Shown here in pieces: positions 11,939 through 23,029 of a DNA stretch of 64,000 nt. Position numbers and translations under genes: made by a program. Below the pieces are notes generated by a model. It had not been told where the DNA came from. It saw only the letters and a list, made by a program, of their open reading frames with translations, and made no database searches. The stretch comes from Macrostomum hystrix (Eukaryota; Animalia; Platyhelminthes), in the NCBI GenBank assembly GCA_950097015.1, contig CATNEN010000038.1, forward strand, positions 8,370,001-8,434,000. The letters run 5' to 3'. The first letter of the stretch is position 1. Every line of letters starts with the position of its first letter.

Positions 11939-14900
11939 TCAATTTCCATGCTCCAAAGATGACTCAGTGTCGGCGCCAATTTCCACATCCATAGCCACTT
12001 CCGGCCCGTCATCCATCAGGCTGGACTCGGCTAGGTCGGGTTCAACATCTTCAGAAATTTTGCCAGTCGCATCAGGCGCTTCGCCGTTGTCAAGGACGCC
12101 CTCCTGGAGGCTGAAGGTTGGCAGTGCCGAGTCCGGGTGCGGTTCGATGCGGGGCAGCTCCTCGGGAATGTCATAGAATTTGCCCTTGAACTGCGGCCCG
12201 TATTCGGTCCAGGTGCGGCCGAGTTCGCGCAGTTTACGCCGCAGCATGTCGAGGAGGCCTTTCTTCAGCGTGCCGCGGTCCGAGTTCTTCAGCTGCTCTT
12301 GAACCTGCGAAAGAAGAAAATAGAATATATGAAGGCTAGAGGGGGAGAAATGAAGGGGAGAACAGAATGGTAAGAAAAGAAGATAAAAACCTGAGGGGAA
12401 GAATACAGGGGGTCAGTGGCACAGCGGTTAACGCGTTTGCCTCTAGCTCCACGGTCCCAAAGTTCGATTCCTCGGCGAGGCCACATTTATTTGGGGCGCA
12501 GCCGCGGAGAGAAGGCTTGGGGGCTTGTCGTGCAATTTACGACCTTGAGGGCCAACCTCCAAGGCACAGTGAAATGTACACTGCCTGACGATGAGAAAGT
12601 CTGCGTACAGTATTTGTGTGCGTGTGTGCTCAGGAGTCAGCGAAATGGGCAGAATCGCCTCCTCGCTGGCTGCGGGTCCAGTGTCACTAAGTAATGTGCC
12701 GCTGCTCACAGCCCTCTTGCAATTAATATTATTATTATTATTTTAAGGGAAGAACAGCAGGCTGAGAAAAGAATGGGGATAACAGAAAAGAAAGAACAGA
12801 AGGGTAAGAACAGAAAGGGAAGAACAGAAGGGGGAGAGCAGAAGGGGAAGAACAGAAGGGGGAGAGCAGAAGGGGGAGAGCAGAAGGGGGAGAACAGAAG
12901 GGGGAAAACAGAAGGGGGAGAAAAGAAGGGTAAGAACAGAATGGGCAGAACAGAATGGGCAGAACAAAAGGGTAAGAACAGAATGGGAAGAGCAGAAGGG
13001 AAAGAACAAAAGGGGGAGAACAGAAAGGGAAGAACAGAAGGGGAAGAACAGAAGGGGGAGAACAGAAGGGGAAGAACAAAAGGGGGAGAACAGAAAGGGA
13101 AGAACAGAAGGGCAAGAACAGAAGGGGGAGAACAGAAGGGTAAGAACAGAATGGGAGAACAGAAAACCGAGGAAACCATGGAAAAAGGATCAGTAACATG
13201 CAGAAACAGGATCAGTAACATGCAGAAACAGGGTCAGTAACATGCAGCGGTCGCTAGTAAACTCACCTCAGCGAATTCGTTCTTCTGTCCAGCCAAAGCG
13301 GCGGCGTGGCTCAGCGGTCCGACCAGTTTGAGAATGGAGTAGAAGCTGCCTGCCATTGGGTAGGCCTGGGCCAGCAGTCGCTGGGCGGCCAAGTCGTAGG
13401 CGGTGGCTTTGCTGCGGGCCACGCACTGGCCAGATTGGCTGCCTCGCAGGGTCAGGCAGCAGGCGTGCTGCTGGTGCGGATGATGCAGCCGGTGCTGATG
13501 CCGGCCGCTGCCAGACGGAGCTGGCGGCGGCATGGAGGCAACGATGGTTGCAGGCGAAGGCGCGGAGTAATCGATGCGCAATTCGCTGTCTTCGATGCAG
13601 TAGCGGCGCATGTAGTCGCCAAGCAGACAGCGCATTCTGGGCAGCTTGTGACGCTTCAACAGTTCGACGGCGCGCGGATCTGTACTGCCGATGGACTTGA
13701 AGTCATCGGGCACGTCGGCTGGCAGCTGCTGCTGCTCCGAATCGGCCTGAGATGGAGTAGGGGGCAGCGGAGGAGGGGGCGGCGGTGGCGGCTGCTGCTG
13801 CTGCTGCTGCTGCCATTGGCGCTGACGAGAGTAAGACTTGCCAGCCTGTTTCTGGTGATGGCCGCCACGGTGCGAATGATGAGGCGGCGGCTGCGGCTGC
13901 TGCTTGAGCGAATTGCATTGCTCAGCTGGGTTGCCTGCGATGTCAGTAGGGAAGAAGGAGGAGAGATTAGATGTGCTGCCGACAGCACAGCCACAGCTCG
14001 AGGCTGAGTAAGGCTGTACAGTCCATGGACTGGGGGACACCACACCCATCCTCAATTACCCCCAGCTAAATCTGGAACCCATTTAATCGCTGCATGGATG
14101 AACTGAAGTAATGTAGAATTAAGTAGACAAAAATTGTTCTAGGCATGGAGGCAACGATGGTTGCATGAGTCATGAATCGAACTCGCGATCTTTAAGTCGT
14201 GAGTCTTGACGAACTAACCACTCGGCTACAACCCCTACAAAACTTACTAGCCTCGTTTTCGTTTTTAGCAGCAGCAGCAGCAGAAGAAGAAGCAGCAGCA
14301 GCATTCACAGCAGAAGCCGTAGGCGCTTTGGCTTGGGCGCCAGCCAAGGCCGGGTGCTGCTGCAGGTCGTCTTTAAACTGATCGAAATTCGGCACCAAAG
14401 TCTCCAAGCCATCCAGGGCCGCCATGTGCCTGGCAAGGCGCTTGTTCTTGGCGACACCGACGCCCAGCTGACGACCGTCGTGGCTGAGCAGGCTGCAGCG
14501 CAGCTCGCCCTCGCTAATGCGATGATATTCGTAGCGAAACTGGCGGTCTGGTGCCACCTGCGTGGGATTATTTAGTTCAATAGCGCACCACAATGTGAAT
14601 ATTTTACAAATCAAGTCGGCGACTCAAACGGTAAGGTGGCAAGCGACTCAAACGCACGACTCAAACTCTTTCCTAACCCGACTCAAACCCTTCCCCTAAC
14701 CCGACTCAAACCCTTCTCTAACCCGACTCAAACCCTTCTCTAACCCGACTCAAACCCTTCTCTAACCCGACTCAAACTATTTTCTAACGACTCACCTGCA
14801 AGTCTGCAATAACGCTGGCAGGCATTTTCCCAACCGGATTGATGATCCGTTCGCGTTTTCCAACCTCGGCGCTGAGCACAATCAGTTTGCTACGCGGCGT

Positions 14901-17653
14901 CTCCCTGTGACCGACGTCAGGCCGACCCGACGCCGATGAAAACGAAGTCGGAGCCGCGGCGGTGGCTGATGCAGGGGGCGTTAAAGTAGTCGAAAATAAC
15001 AGAGGAACCGACTTGGACTGAGTTTTGACGCCAGAAGCGACTTGCGGAGTGGTCGGATCGCTAGTGGTGGCAACGGCAGAGGATGAAGTCGGCGACACAA
15101 CCAATGGAAGCTGGATAAGCCTGCGAATTTCAAGGCATTCAAAAAGCAGTTAGTCCAAGCTCATGCAAGGACAACCTAATTCTTTTCCAAAGGTCATTCA
15201 ATGTTAAACTACTCCCTAGTTCTCTTCCCAAGGTCATTCCATGTTCAACTACTCCCTAGTTCTCTTCCCAAGGTCATTCCATGTTCAACTACTCCCTAAT
15301 TCTCTTCCCAAGGTCATTCCATGTTCAACTACTCCCTAATTCTCTTCCCAAGGTCATTCCATGTTCAACTACTCCCTAGTTCTCTTCCCAAGGTCATTCC
15401 ATGTTCTATCTTTCTATCTATTTTGCAGGGGGGCCCGGGGCACTTGTCGCACAAGCGACGGAGCGGCACGCCCCCATACCGGCGAACTAGGCGCTTTTGC
15501 GCCCATCGCGCCCCCTCCCCTGAGCAGGCACCACACACAGCAGCACAGGCCAGCCGGGGAGGACAGGAGGCACCCAGAATAGGCAGCAGTGTCCCCCACC
15601 CCAGCCCCACACGCACATAGCAGACCAAGCCGGGGCGGAAGGCTGATAAGAAATCAGTCCTCAGGGGGGCCGGGTGATGAGTGTACACTTGTCCAATCGC
15701 GCTGACGGAAGTCCAGAAAGCGCGCGGCGGTGTACACCCGCCCTCCAGCCACCCCCCGCAAGGTCTCACGCCCCAGCGCCAACGCACACAACTCACGCAA
15801 CGCAGAACAGGCACACAGAAGGTAGGAGCGAAGCTATTATTTCAAGCCTTGATTGCACGAATGGTGCACCTCCGCCGGTCGCTACTGTCCAAACCCTCCA
15901 ACAAGCCCCGAAATTAATCGTGACTTGAAGGGTAAATCGAACTAGCGTCCTTTGGAGTGCGAGGCAGCGACGTTAGCCGCTGACCCACTCGCCCCTTGTC
16001 ATTCCATGTTCAACTTGTCCCTAATTCTCTTCCCAAGGTCATTCCATGTTCAACTACTCGCTAATTCTCTTTCCAATGTTATCCGATCATGACTATCTTT
16101 ATAAGGTCATTAAATGTGAAGTGAGTATAGTCTCGCGGGCACTAACCTGGTCTGTCCGGCCACCTGGCACAGCTGCCTCTGCTCGATGCGATAGCGAAAC
16201 AATCTCTGACAGTACTGCCGCAGCTCCGAATGGCTCAGGTAAGGACCGCTGCGGACTGGGGAAGACATGGGACAGACAGCCTGGCCAGGTTGACTGAGAG
16301 AGGACGATGCGGCAGCATCAGCAGCATGAACATCAACAGCAGCAGCATCAGTGGCCGCAACCGCCGTATCCAAAGTCAATCGCGGTCGCTTAGCTTCAAC
16401 ACTCGGCGCCGCCACTTTAGCAACGGTCGCCTGCTCCACCAACGATTTAGAAATACTTGGAGAAGCCTGACGCTTTCTACTACTGTTAGTAGTCTCTGCT
16501 GCCGACCTTACAGCCAGGCTAGATTTATTTTTCCCCGCATTGTCCTCCTCCTCATCCTCCGAGGTGGTGATTTCGCCTTCTTCGGCGTCAGAGCTGGCGT
16601 TGGATTTTTTGCTTTTATCATCGGACTCTGGGACTGGTTCCTGCTCAACTGGCCGCTGCTGCTGTTGCTGCTCATCGATTCCCACTGCTGGAAAGTCGTT
16701 AGCGGCGGCGACATCAGCAACAGCCGACTGGGGAGGTTGAGGAGAAATGTCCACCGAGTCTGAGCCAGTTTGCACTCCTCTGGTTGACATCAGGGGGCGG
16801 TCCGAATGTCCATGACTGTCTGTCATCTGTCCTGCCGCCTCCAGGCCCCGCCGGTAGGCCAGGCAAGGAATGCAGGCCAGCGGGATTTGATGGTCGCGCA
16901 GCGGAATAGCGCCAGCGAAGTACGGCCTGTGCAAATGCATATTTGATTAATGTACTACTTTTTGGTAGCCAGTGCGTCAGCCAGTGATGGGTAAGAAGTG
17001 ATGGGTCAGCCAGTGATGGGTCAGTAATGATGGGTCAGTAGTGATGGGTCAGCCAGTGATTGTTCACTAGTGATGGGCAGTATTGAAGGGTCAGTAGTGA
17101 TGGGTCAGCCAGTGCTGGGTCAGCCAGTGATTTGTCAGTAGTGATGGGTCAGCCAGTGATGGGTCAGTAATGATGGGTCAGGGTCAGTAGTGATGGGTCA
17201 GTAATGATGAATCAGTAATGATGTGTCAGCCAGTGATTGGTCTGTAGTGATGGGTGAGTAGTGATGGGTCAGCCAGTAATGGACCAGTGATGGATCAGTA
17301 GTAATGGTTCAAGCTCATTCTAACATTATTGAAAAGAATACTCACCTGGCCAGGGTGACAACCTTGGTCGGCTTGTGCAGGTAGAGCGTGAGGCCGCTGG
17401 TGTGATCAATAGGAACCCATGACGTTGGCAGTCGAAACGGAGGCTTAGGCATGAAGTTCCGGTCGATGAGGTTCACGGTGGCGGTAAAAAACTTTTCCTG
17501 ACTATCAGCAGACAAGTCTTTGTCGTCCGACGGCACGGTGATGAAGTTTTCAGCATCCTTTTCCACAGGAATGCGACTGACATAGAACTGGCGCCTGTTG
17601 TGCTGCTGCTTCTGGGGGCTAGCCATTGTCTGAACTGGAGTTACGACCGACAT
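11939..17653 (-). CDS. DGCR8: Microprocessor subunit DGCR8/Pasha (~918 aa, 6 exons)
   Basis: Exons 17653-17346, 16926-16147, 15120-14796, 14557-14248, 13934-13267 and 12304-11939, all in phase. WW/Rhed 'LPTSWVPIDHTSGLTLYLHKPTKVVTLARPYF...IPLACIPCLAYRR' (heme-ligand Cys motif IPCL), dsRBD1 'GVGVAKNKRLARHMAALDGLETLVPNF', dsRBD2 'ARSKATAYDLAAQRLL', C-terminal helix 'LLDMLRRKLREL'. Confidence 0.93.
12408..12742 (+). mobile_element. SINE family A in DGCR8 intron 5
   Basis: A box TGGCACAGCGG, B box GTTCGATTC, (TTA)n tail; aligns with 127-486. Confidence 0.9.
12746..13165. repeat. Purine-rich ~16-bp repeat (DGCR8 intron 5)
   Basis: AGAACAGAAGGGGG-type units. Confidence 0.85.
13970..14235 (-). mobile_element. 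CORE-like tRNA SINE (family C) filling most of DGCR8 intron 4
   Basis: tRNA-like head GGGGTTGTAGCCGAGTGG...GTTCGATTC, then TAAATGGGTTCC and CAGTCCATGGACTG motifs shared with 45698-45940. Confidence 0.8.
14645..14778. repeat. 21-bp repeat (DGCR8 intron 3)
   Basis: Unit CTAACCCGACTCAAACCCTTCT. Confidence 0.8.
15175..16080. repeat. 40-bp minisatellite split by the SINE-B insertion
   Basis: Unit ATGTTCAACTACTCCCTARTTCTCTTCCCAAGGTCATTCC at 15175-15406 and 15998-16080. Confidence 0.85.
15407..15997 (-). mobile_element. SINE family B inserted into a 40-bp minisatellite in DGCR8 intron 2
   Basis: Reverse complement of 5428-6024 with few differences; 14-bp TSD GTCATTCCATGTTC at 15393-15406 and 15998-16011. 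Confidence 0.92.
16968..17310. repeat. ~15-bp repeat (DGCR8 intron 1)
   Basis: GTGATGGGTCAG(CCA/TA) units. Confidence 0.85.
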
Positions 17654-17867
17654 CGTAAATCACTAGCACTATACTCACGTTGCAAATCAATTTTGCCGTG
17701 TCTCTTGATTATTCTTGATTCTGAAATTTATTATTCAAGATGCTAGGCTAAAAAACTAAGACCAAAGCTGTACTACTAGGCTATGCAAGTAGTATCAGAA
17801 GGGAATACCGAATGATTTGGGAAATTTTCGAAAAGAAATTACGACAAACCTTTTAACTATGAAATAG

Positions 17868-17967
17868 CACACATGTACACAGATACCGTACGCTAGCATA
17901 CGCTCACACAGGTGTGTACATCTGCCCAGACTTCTGGGCAGGCAGTGTACACTCTCACTGTGCCCTT
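17868..17967 (-). mobile_element. SINE family A internal fragment between TRUB2 and DGCR8
   Basis: CGCTCACACAGGTGTGTACATCTGCC...GGCAGTGTACACTCTCACTGTGCC matches the family A body. Confidence 0.7.
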
Positions 17968-18174
17968 GTCGTAAGCTATGGAAGCTAGCTTGAATAGCCC
18001 TGAAAAGATGCAATAGCTTTTGGTCACTGAAAGAGAACAACAAATCAATAAAAGAAGTATTTAAAGTCAGAACAACTTATTCAATTGGCAGTATTTATTT
18101 ACACAAAGCATTTCCAAATAAACATTCGGGTTGTGCTAAAATGCATCGTAGATAATACACAGTTAGCTGCAGTT

Positions 18175-21100
18175 TCAAGCAGCCGCAGTCGCCTCATCCG
18201 GATCAGAATCTGGCGAATCATTATTAATTCGCTTCTGTCGGCGTCGCTTCGATTTAGAAGCAGCTGGCGAAGGCTTCAAGGAGGTTGACAACGGCTCGGC
18301 GGCAGCGAGAACCGCCTCGGGCAGCTCCTCGGCGCCCACCAACAGCTCCGGCAGCAAGCGGGGCAGCCAACGAAGGTTTTTAATAGCCGCGTCGATGCTG
18401 ACTTCCTCGGGCAGCAGGCTGTGCTTCAGGGCGCTGAACGGGCCGCAGCGCAGCCGGCGAATGCGAGCGGTGAAGGCCGAGGAGCGCACCTGGTGGCCGA
18501 GGTCGGCAACGAGCTCCAGCAGGAAGCCGGGCGTCTCGTGTAGCGTGTGCAGCTCCAGCTCGAATCCTGGCGGATCCCAGGCTACTAGGCGCATGGCGTA
18601 GACGCAGGGACCATCTAGGCTCTGCCGGGCGGCCCTGTGCAGATTGCCGGCCTCGGCGGCCAGCGCGGCGTAGGCGGCTCGCGAGTTGTTCCGCAGGCCG
18701 ACCTGCAGGGTTAAGGATTGTTTAATTTGCATGCTTTTCTTTCCACCATCAGGGAGCTGCTCAAGACTGATCCCACCGCTGCCACCAGTGTCTGATCCCA
18801 CCGCTGCCACCAGTGTAAGACTGATCCCACCGCTGCCACCAGTGTAAGTCTGATCCCACCGCTGCCACCAGTGTCTGATCCCACCGCTGCCACCAGTGTA
18901 AGTCTGATCCCACCGCTGCCACCAGTGTAAGACTGATCCCACCACTGCCACCAGTGTAAGACTGATCCCACCGCTGCCACCAGTGTCTGATCCCACCGCT
19001 GCCACCAGTGTCTGATCCCACCGCTGCCACCAGTGTAAGTCTGATCCCACCGCTGCCACCAGTGTAAGACTGATCCCACCGCTGCCACCAGTGTAAGTCT
19101 GATCCCACCGCTGCCACCAGTGTCTGATCCCACCGCTGCCACCAGTGTAAGTCTGATCCCACCGCTGCCACCAGTGTAAGACTGATCCCACCGCTGCCAC
19201 CAGTGTAAGACTGATCCCACCGCTGCCACCAGTGTAAGTCTGATCCCACCGCTGCCACCAGTGTAAGACTGATCCCACCGCTGCCACCAGTGTAAGACTG
19301 ATCCCACCGCTGCCACCAGTGTAAGACTGATCCCACCGCTGCCACCAGTGTCTGATCCCACCGCTGCCACCAGTGTAAGACTGATCCCACCGCTGCCACC
19401 AGTGTAAGTCTGATCCCACCGCTGCCACCAGTGTAAGACTGATCCCACCGCTGCCACCAGTGTAAGACTGATCCCACCGCTGCCACCAGTGTAAGTCTGA
19501 TCCCACCGCTGCCACCAGTGTAAGACTGATCCCACCGCTGCCACCAGTGTAAGACTGATCCCACCGCTGCCACCAGTGTAAGACTGATCCCACCGCTGCC
19601 ACCAGTGTAAGACTGATCCCACCGCTGCCACCAGTGTAAGACTGATCCCAACACTGCCACCAGTGTAAGACTGATCCCACCACTGCCACCAGTGTAAGAC
19701 TGATCTCAACGCTACCACCAGTGTAAGACCAATGAGAATTGAGTCGATATATTTATTGTTTTTAACGATTGCAGAGGGGTGGGTGTTGTACGTGCACGGG
19801 CGCAGGCGCACGTTGCAAGCACCCAGCCTACCAATCAGTGTAGGCAGGAGTGTACATTAGTTGAAGCGAACTAATAAAGCACTGTAAAGCTCACAATAAT
19901 AATAATATTTGTATGAGGGCTGTAAACACTGGCACATCATTTGGTCGGAGTAAAACCGCAGCGAGCGAGGAGGCATGCCCATTTCGCTGATTCCTGAGCA
20001 CAAAAACGCACCCAGATACTGTACATACGTGTGTATATTTGCCCTGAATTTCTCATCGTTAAGTAGTGTACATTTTCACTGTGCCTTGATGGTTAGACGC
20101 CCTCAAGGGCATGAATTTCACGAAAAGCTTCCAATCCTTCTCTCCACGGCTGCGACCCAAATGAATGTGGAATCGAGCTCAGGGACTTTGAAACCGAGAG
20201 AAACAAACGCGTAAACAACTTAACTATTTATCCTTCCAAAATTACCAAATATAATACCAAAAGCAATGCACATCACAATGCTATACATTGGTCCAATGTA
20301 TGGGCTTTTTCCTAAATTCGATAATTATCAACGCTTGTAACTTTATGTTCCATTTGATAGCTTTTACACATAACACTGAATTTTTAACGATTCAGTGTCA
20401 AATTTCGAGTGCTAATGTCTGAGAAACTTTGTAGTCAAAACTGAATTCAGGCCATTAGTTAGTGCTGGTAGCTAACATTGGTGTACTGGCAGATCTCGGA
20501 CACCGGCACGAACATGCTCAGCGCCAGGGTCTTGATGGGTGCATCGCCCACCTGTGCGTGCCATGATGTCACCAGATGCCACCCAGAGAGTCGATGTGCT
20601 CCGCAAAGTCTCTGTACCACTTTGACCGCCAGATCTTCAAATTGGACACCTCGAAGTTGTTAAAAAAGACCTCATGCTTCTTGAGCCGACTAAAGAAGGT
20701 GGGTCGGATGCGTCTCAGCTTGATGTATTCGGCCGCGACTTCGAACATCTTGAAGTCGCAGGTGTCAATGATGGTCTGGAAGTAGCCGTAGGTGCAGCCA
20801 GAATCTCTGAGAGCAGCAAACACATCGAAGGAGATGCTCTAGTTGATAATGGAATCGTCGTCCAGTCTCCACTGGTAGTCAAAGTGCCTCATCATCGGCT
20901 GCTCGTAGATCATCTTGGCGTGAAAGCGGCACATGCTGCGGTATCCGAAGCTCTTCTTGCCACCGCAAGCTTCTTTCGGCGGCTGGCCGAACTTTTTCAG
21001 ATACGAACTCGGGACGCTCAAGTCGACTTGCTGGAAGAAGATGGAGGACATGTTGAGCCTCTTGTCGAAGCCGATGGCCCTGATCGCAGGTAGGTGTGCC

Positions 21101-22967
21101 AGGAAGTTGGCCTCGTGAAAGATGATGACCGGGTAGCCGAACTGTCTGTTGAAGTGGACATACAGCTGCTCCAGCGAATGCTTGAGCAGGTTCGCCTGTG
21201 GCTCATTTCCTAATAAAGTGATGACTGCCTTGAGCCTAGAACCTCTCTACTGGATGCCAAACGTATGTACCTTTGTAACCTTTGGTAACGAACTGTTACC
21301 AAATAAATAATTTGACGAGTCACTGGGGGAGCTGGGCAACAGTTTTGTAAACAGATTGTCACCTTTGTGTGAAGATTCGTAAATCCAAACGAGGGCGTAT
21401 GCCGCGAATGTGAAGGTAATCGGAGCAGCAGTGGAAAGGCGGACCAGAGCGAAAGGCTGCATGCCGAAGCAGTTCTGAGCAAGTAGCCAAGTAAGCTCAA
21501 CCGAAACAACGGTTTTCATACCTTTCACGGATGCGAAAGTACACTTTTTGTCGAAGCAAATACTTAGTAACTTGTCGATAAGTAGCTTATCAACATTAGA
21601 ATTGCAGCAAATCTCTTTGGCAGAATGTTTGCTATAACTTTAGTTGCAGTTGTTTGCAACAATTCACTGGTGCACCTGACGGCTAGTTGTTTGTCTTCAA
21701 AGCAAGGCCAATAGGCTTGCATAAAATATTCATTCCATATGTGCTAGACACGATAGCTGTTAGCACTCGGTGCTAAGATTCAACAAGATTTATATTTTAA
21801 AGCTTCCATTTAAAACGAACTAAACTAAAATGTATGACAGCATTCATTAATTAGGTGTCAGATGGGTCAGAGTCAGATGTACAGTCGACACATGCCACAC
21901 CCACCATTACATTATCACCTGCTGATGTTGGAACCCGTTGAACACCTGGGTGAAAATGAATCTATGCAGAATTCAGCGTCTTACTAAAGGCCACAAATTA
22001 TTCCAGTGGAGTCGGAAATCGAACCCTCGACCTTTATATCGTGAGCCCGACGCTCTAACCACAGAGCTACAACCCCTAAGCGACAGGCTAGAACAAAGAA
22101 ATGTCTACTATTCTGCATAGCATTATTAATTCTACTATGGGTAGTTTAGTTTGAACAAAAAATAAATTGAAAAACGCCAACCAGCAGCTGCTTCTTGTAC
22201 GCGGCCTCCACTGAGACGCAGATTCGTTCAACCATAGTTGGTGTCACGTGACGCCAGGTGGTGCGCAGCACAATGCGACCATCGCCAGTGCTGTCGTGAG
22301 TAGCCCGGCCTAGCACGCCGCGCAGTCTGTAGACATTCAGCAGGCGCTGACGCTCGAACAGCTCGCAGGCGATGATGCCGCTGCGGCCGAGGCCGACTAG
22401 CTGCACGCCGGAGCAATAGTCGGCTAGAGGATCCGCGACGGTGAAAGGAAAGCTGGACTCTGGCACAAATGCTGGGCCAGCGATTTGGCTAAGACTGCGC
22501 AGATCCGGCCTGACAATCAGGCGATACTGCTCGGCGACGTCTGCGGACTGGGCGGTTGCTGTCAGCGAATCACCTGATTGTAGTAGCTGCTGCTGCTGAT
22601 GCTGCTGCTCAATGGTTGGCACAGTGCGAACTACCTGTGTGAATAAATTAGCAAGTTAGCCGAATTAATTGGCACACAGCTGCAATTATTTATTTAGAAT
22701 CGTCTGAAATTATTTAACTGCATTGAATTATCAGCTGTAATGAAAAAAAAGCTGTAGTTAAAAACCAACCGCATTAAAACATCTACCCAAAAACAAATCG
22801 AGACTCACCTCTGTGAAGGGCCTAGTAGGCTCAAACGGTGAGCCGTTGAGCTGGTCGCACAGGCCCTGCACGACACCTTTGACGCAGTCGCTAGGAGACA
22901 CCTGCGGCGGCTTGTAAAGGCAGAGGACGCCCTGCAGCTTGCGATAGAGCTGGCCAGACCAGTTCAT
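18175..22967 (-). CDS. TRUB2: Mitochondrial TruB-family pseudouridine synthase 2 (~379 aa, 3 exons)
   Basis: Exons 22967-22809, 22634-22182 and 18702-18175, all phase 0. Motifs 'LQGVLCLYKPP', 'YRLRGVLGRATHDSTGDGRIV', 'ETPGFLLELVADLGHQVRSSAFTARIRRLRCGPF'. AATAAA on the minus strand at 18094-18099. Confidence 0.88.
18763..19729. repeat. 29-bp minisatellite (TRUB2 intron 2)
   Basis: Unit TGATCCCACCGCTGCCACCAGTGTAAGAC with a 25-bp variant. Confidence 0.95.
19895..20213 (-). mobile_element. SINE family A, diverged copy in TRUB2 intron 2
   Basis: Aligns along its length with 127-486; boundaries approximate. Confidence 0.8.
20459..21519 (-). pseudogene. Intronless GT15 (KRE2/MNT1/KTR-type) alpha-1,2-mannosyltransferase pseudogene nested in TRUB2 intron 2
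   Basis: One frame carries 'HSLEQLYVHFNRQFGYPVIIFHE', 'GYRSMCRF', 'FDYQWRLDDDS', 'FFNNFEVS' and 'DSLGGIW', interrupted by TAG (21247-21249), TAG (20839-20841) and TGA (20569-20571). A 1-nt frameshift near 20548 precedes 'GDAPIKTLALSMFVP...VSYQH*'. Confidence 0.85.
21890..22076 (-). mobile_element. CORE-like SINE (family C), diverged
   Basis: Head GGGGTTGTAGCTCTGTGGTTAGAGCG...GTTCGATTTCC and TGTGGCCTTTAGTAAGACGC core; boundaries approximate. Confidence 0.7.
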
Positions 22968-23029
22968 TGCTTTATGCAAGTTTTGTCCGACTGAAATAGC
23001 AGGATTACACGGCTGCACTGATGTACCGC

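Noticed and set aside
12410-12485. tRNA-like sequences at SINE heads (also ~5430, ~14200, ~22040, ~45720)
   Set aside because: A and B boxes are present but there is no proper cloverleaf, and each continues into a repeated SINE body.
20569-21249. Stop-codon reassignment or readthrough to explain the in-frame TAG/TGA in the GT15 frame and at ~7351
   Set aside because: The GT15 copy also has a frameshift, intact genes here end in TAG (TLR), TGA and TAA, and none of the seven intact genes has an internal stop.
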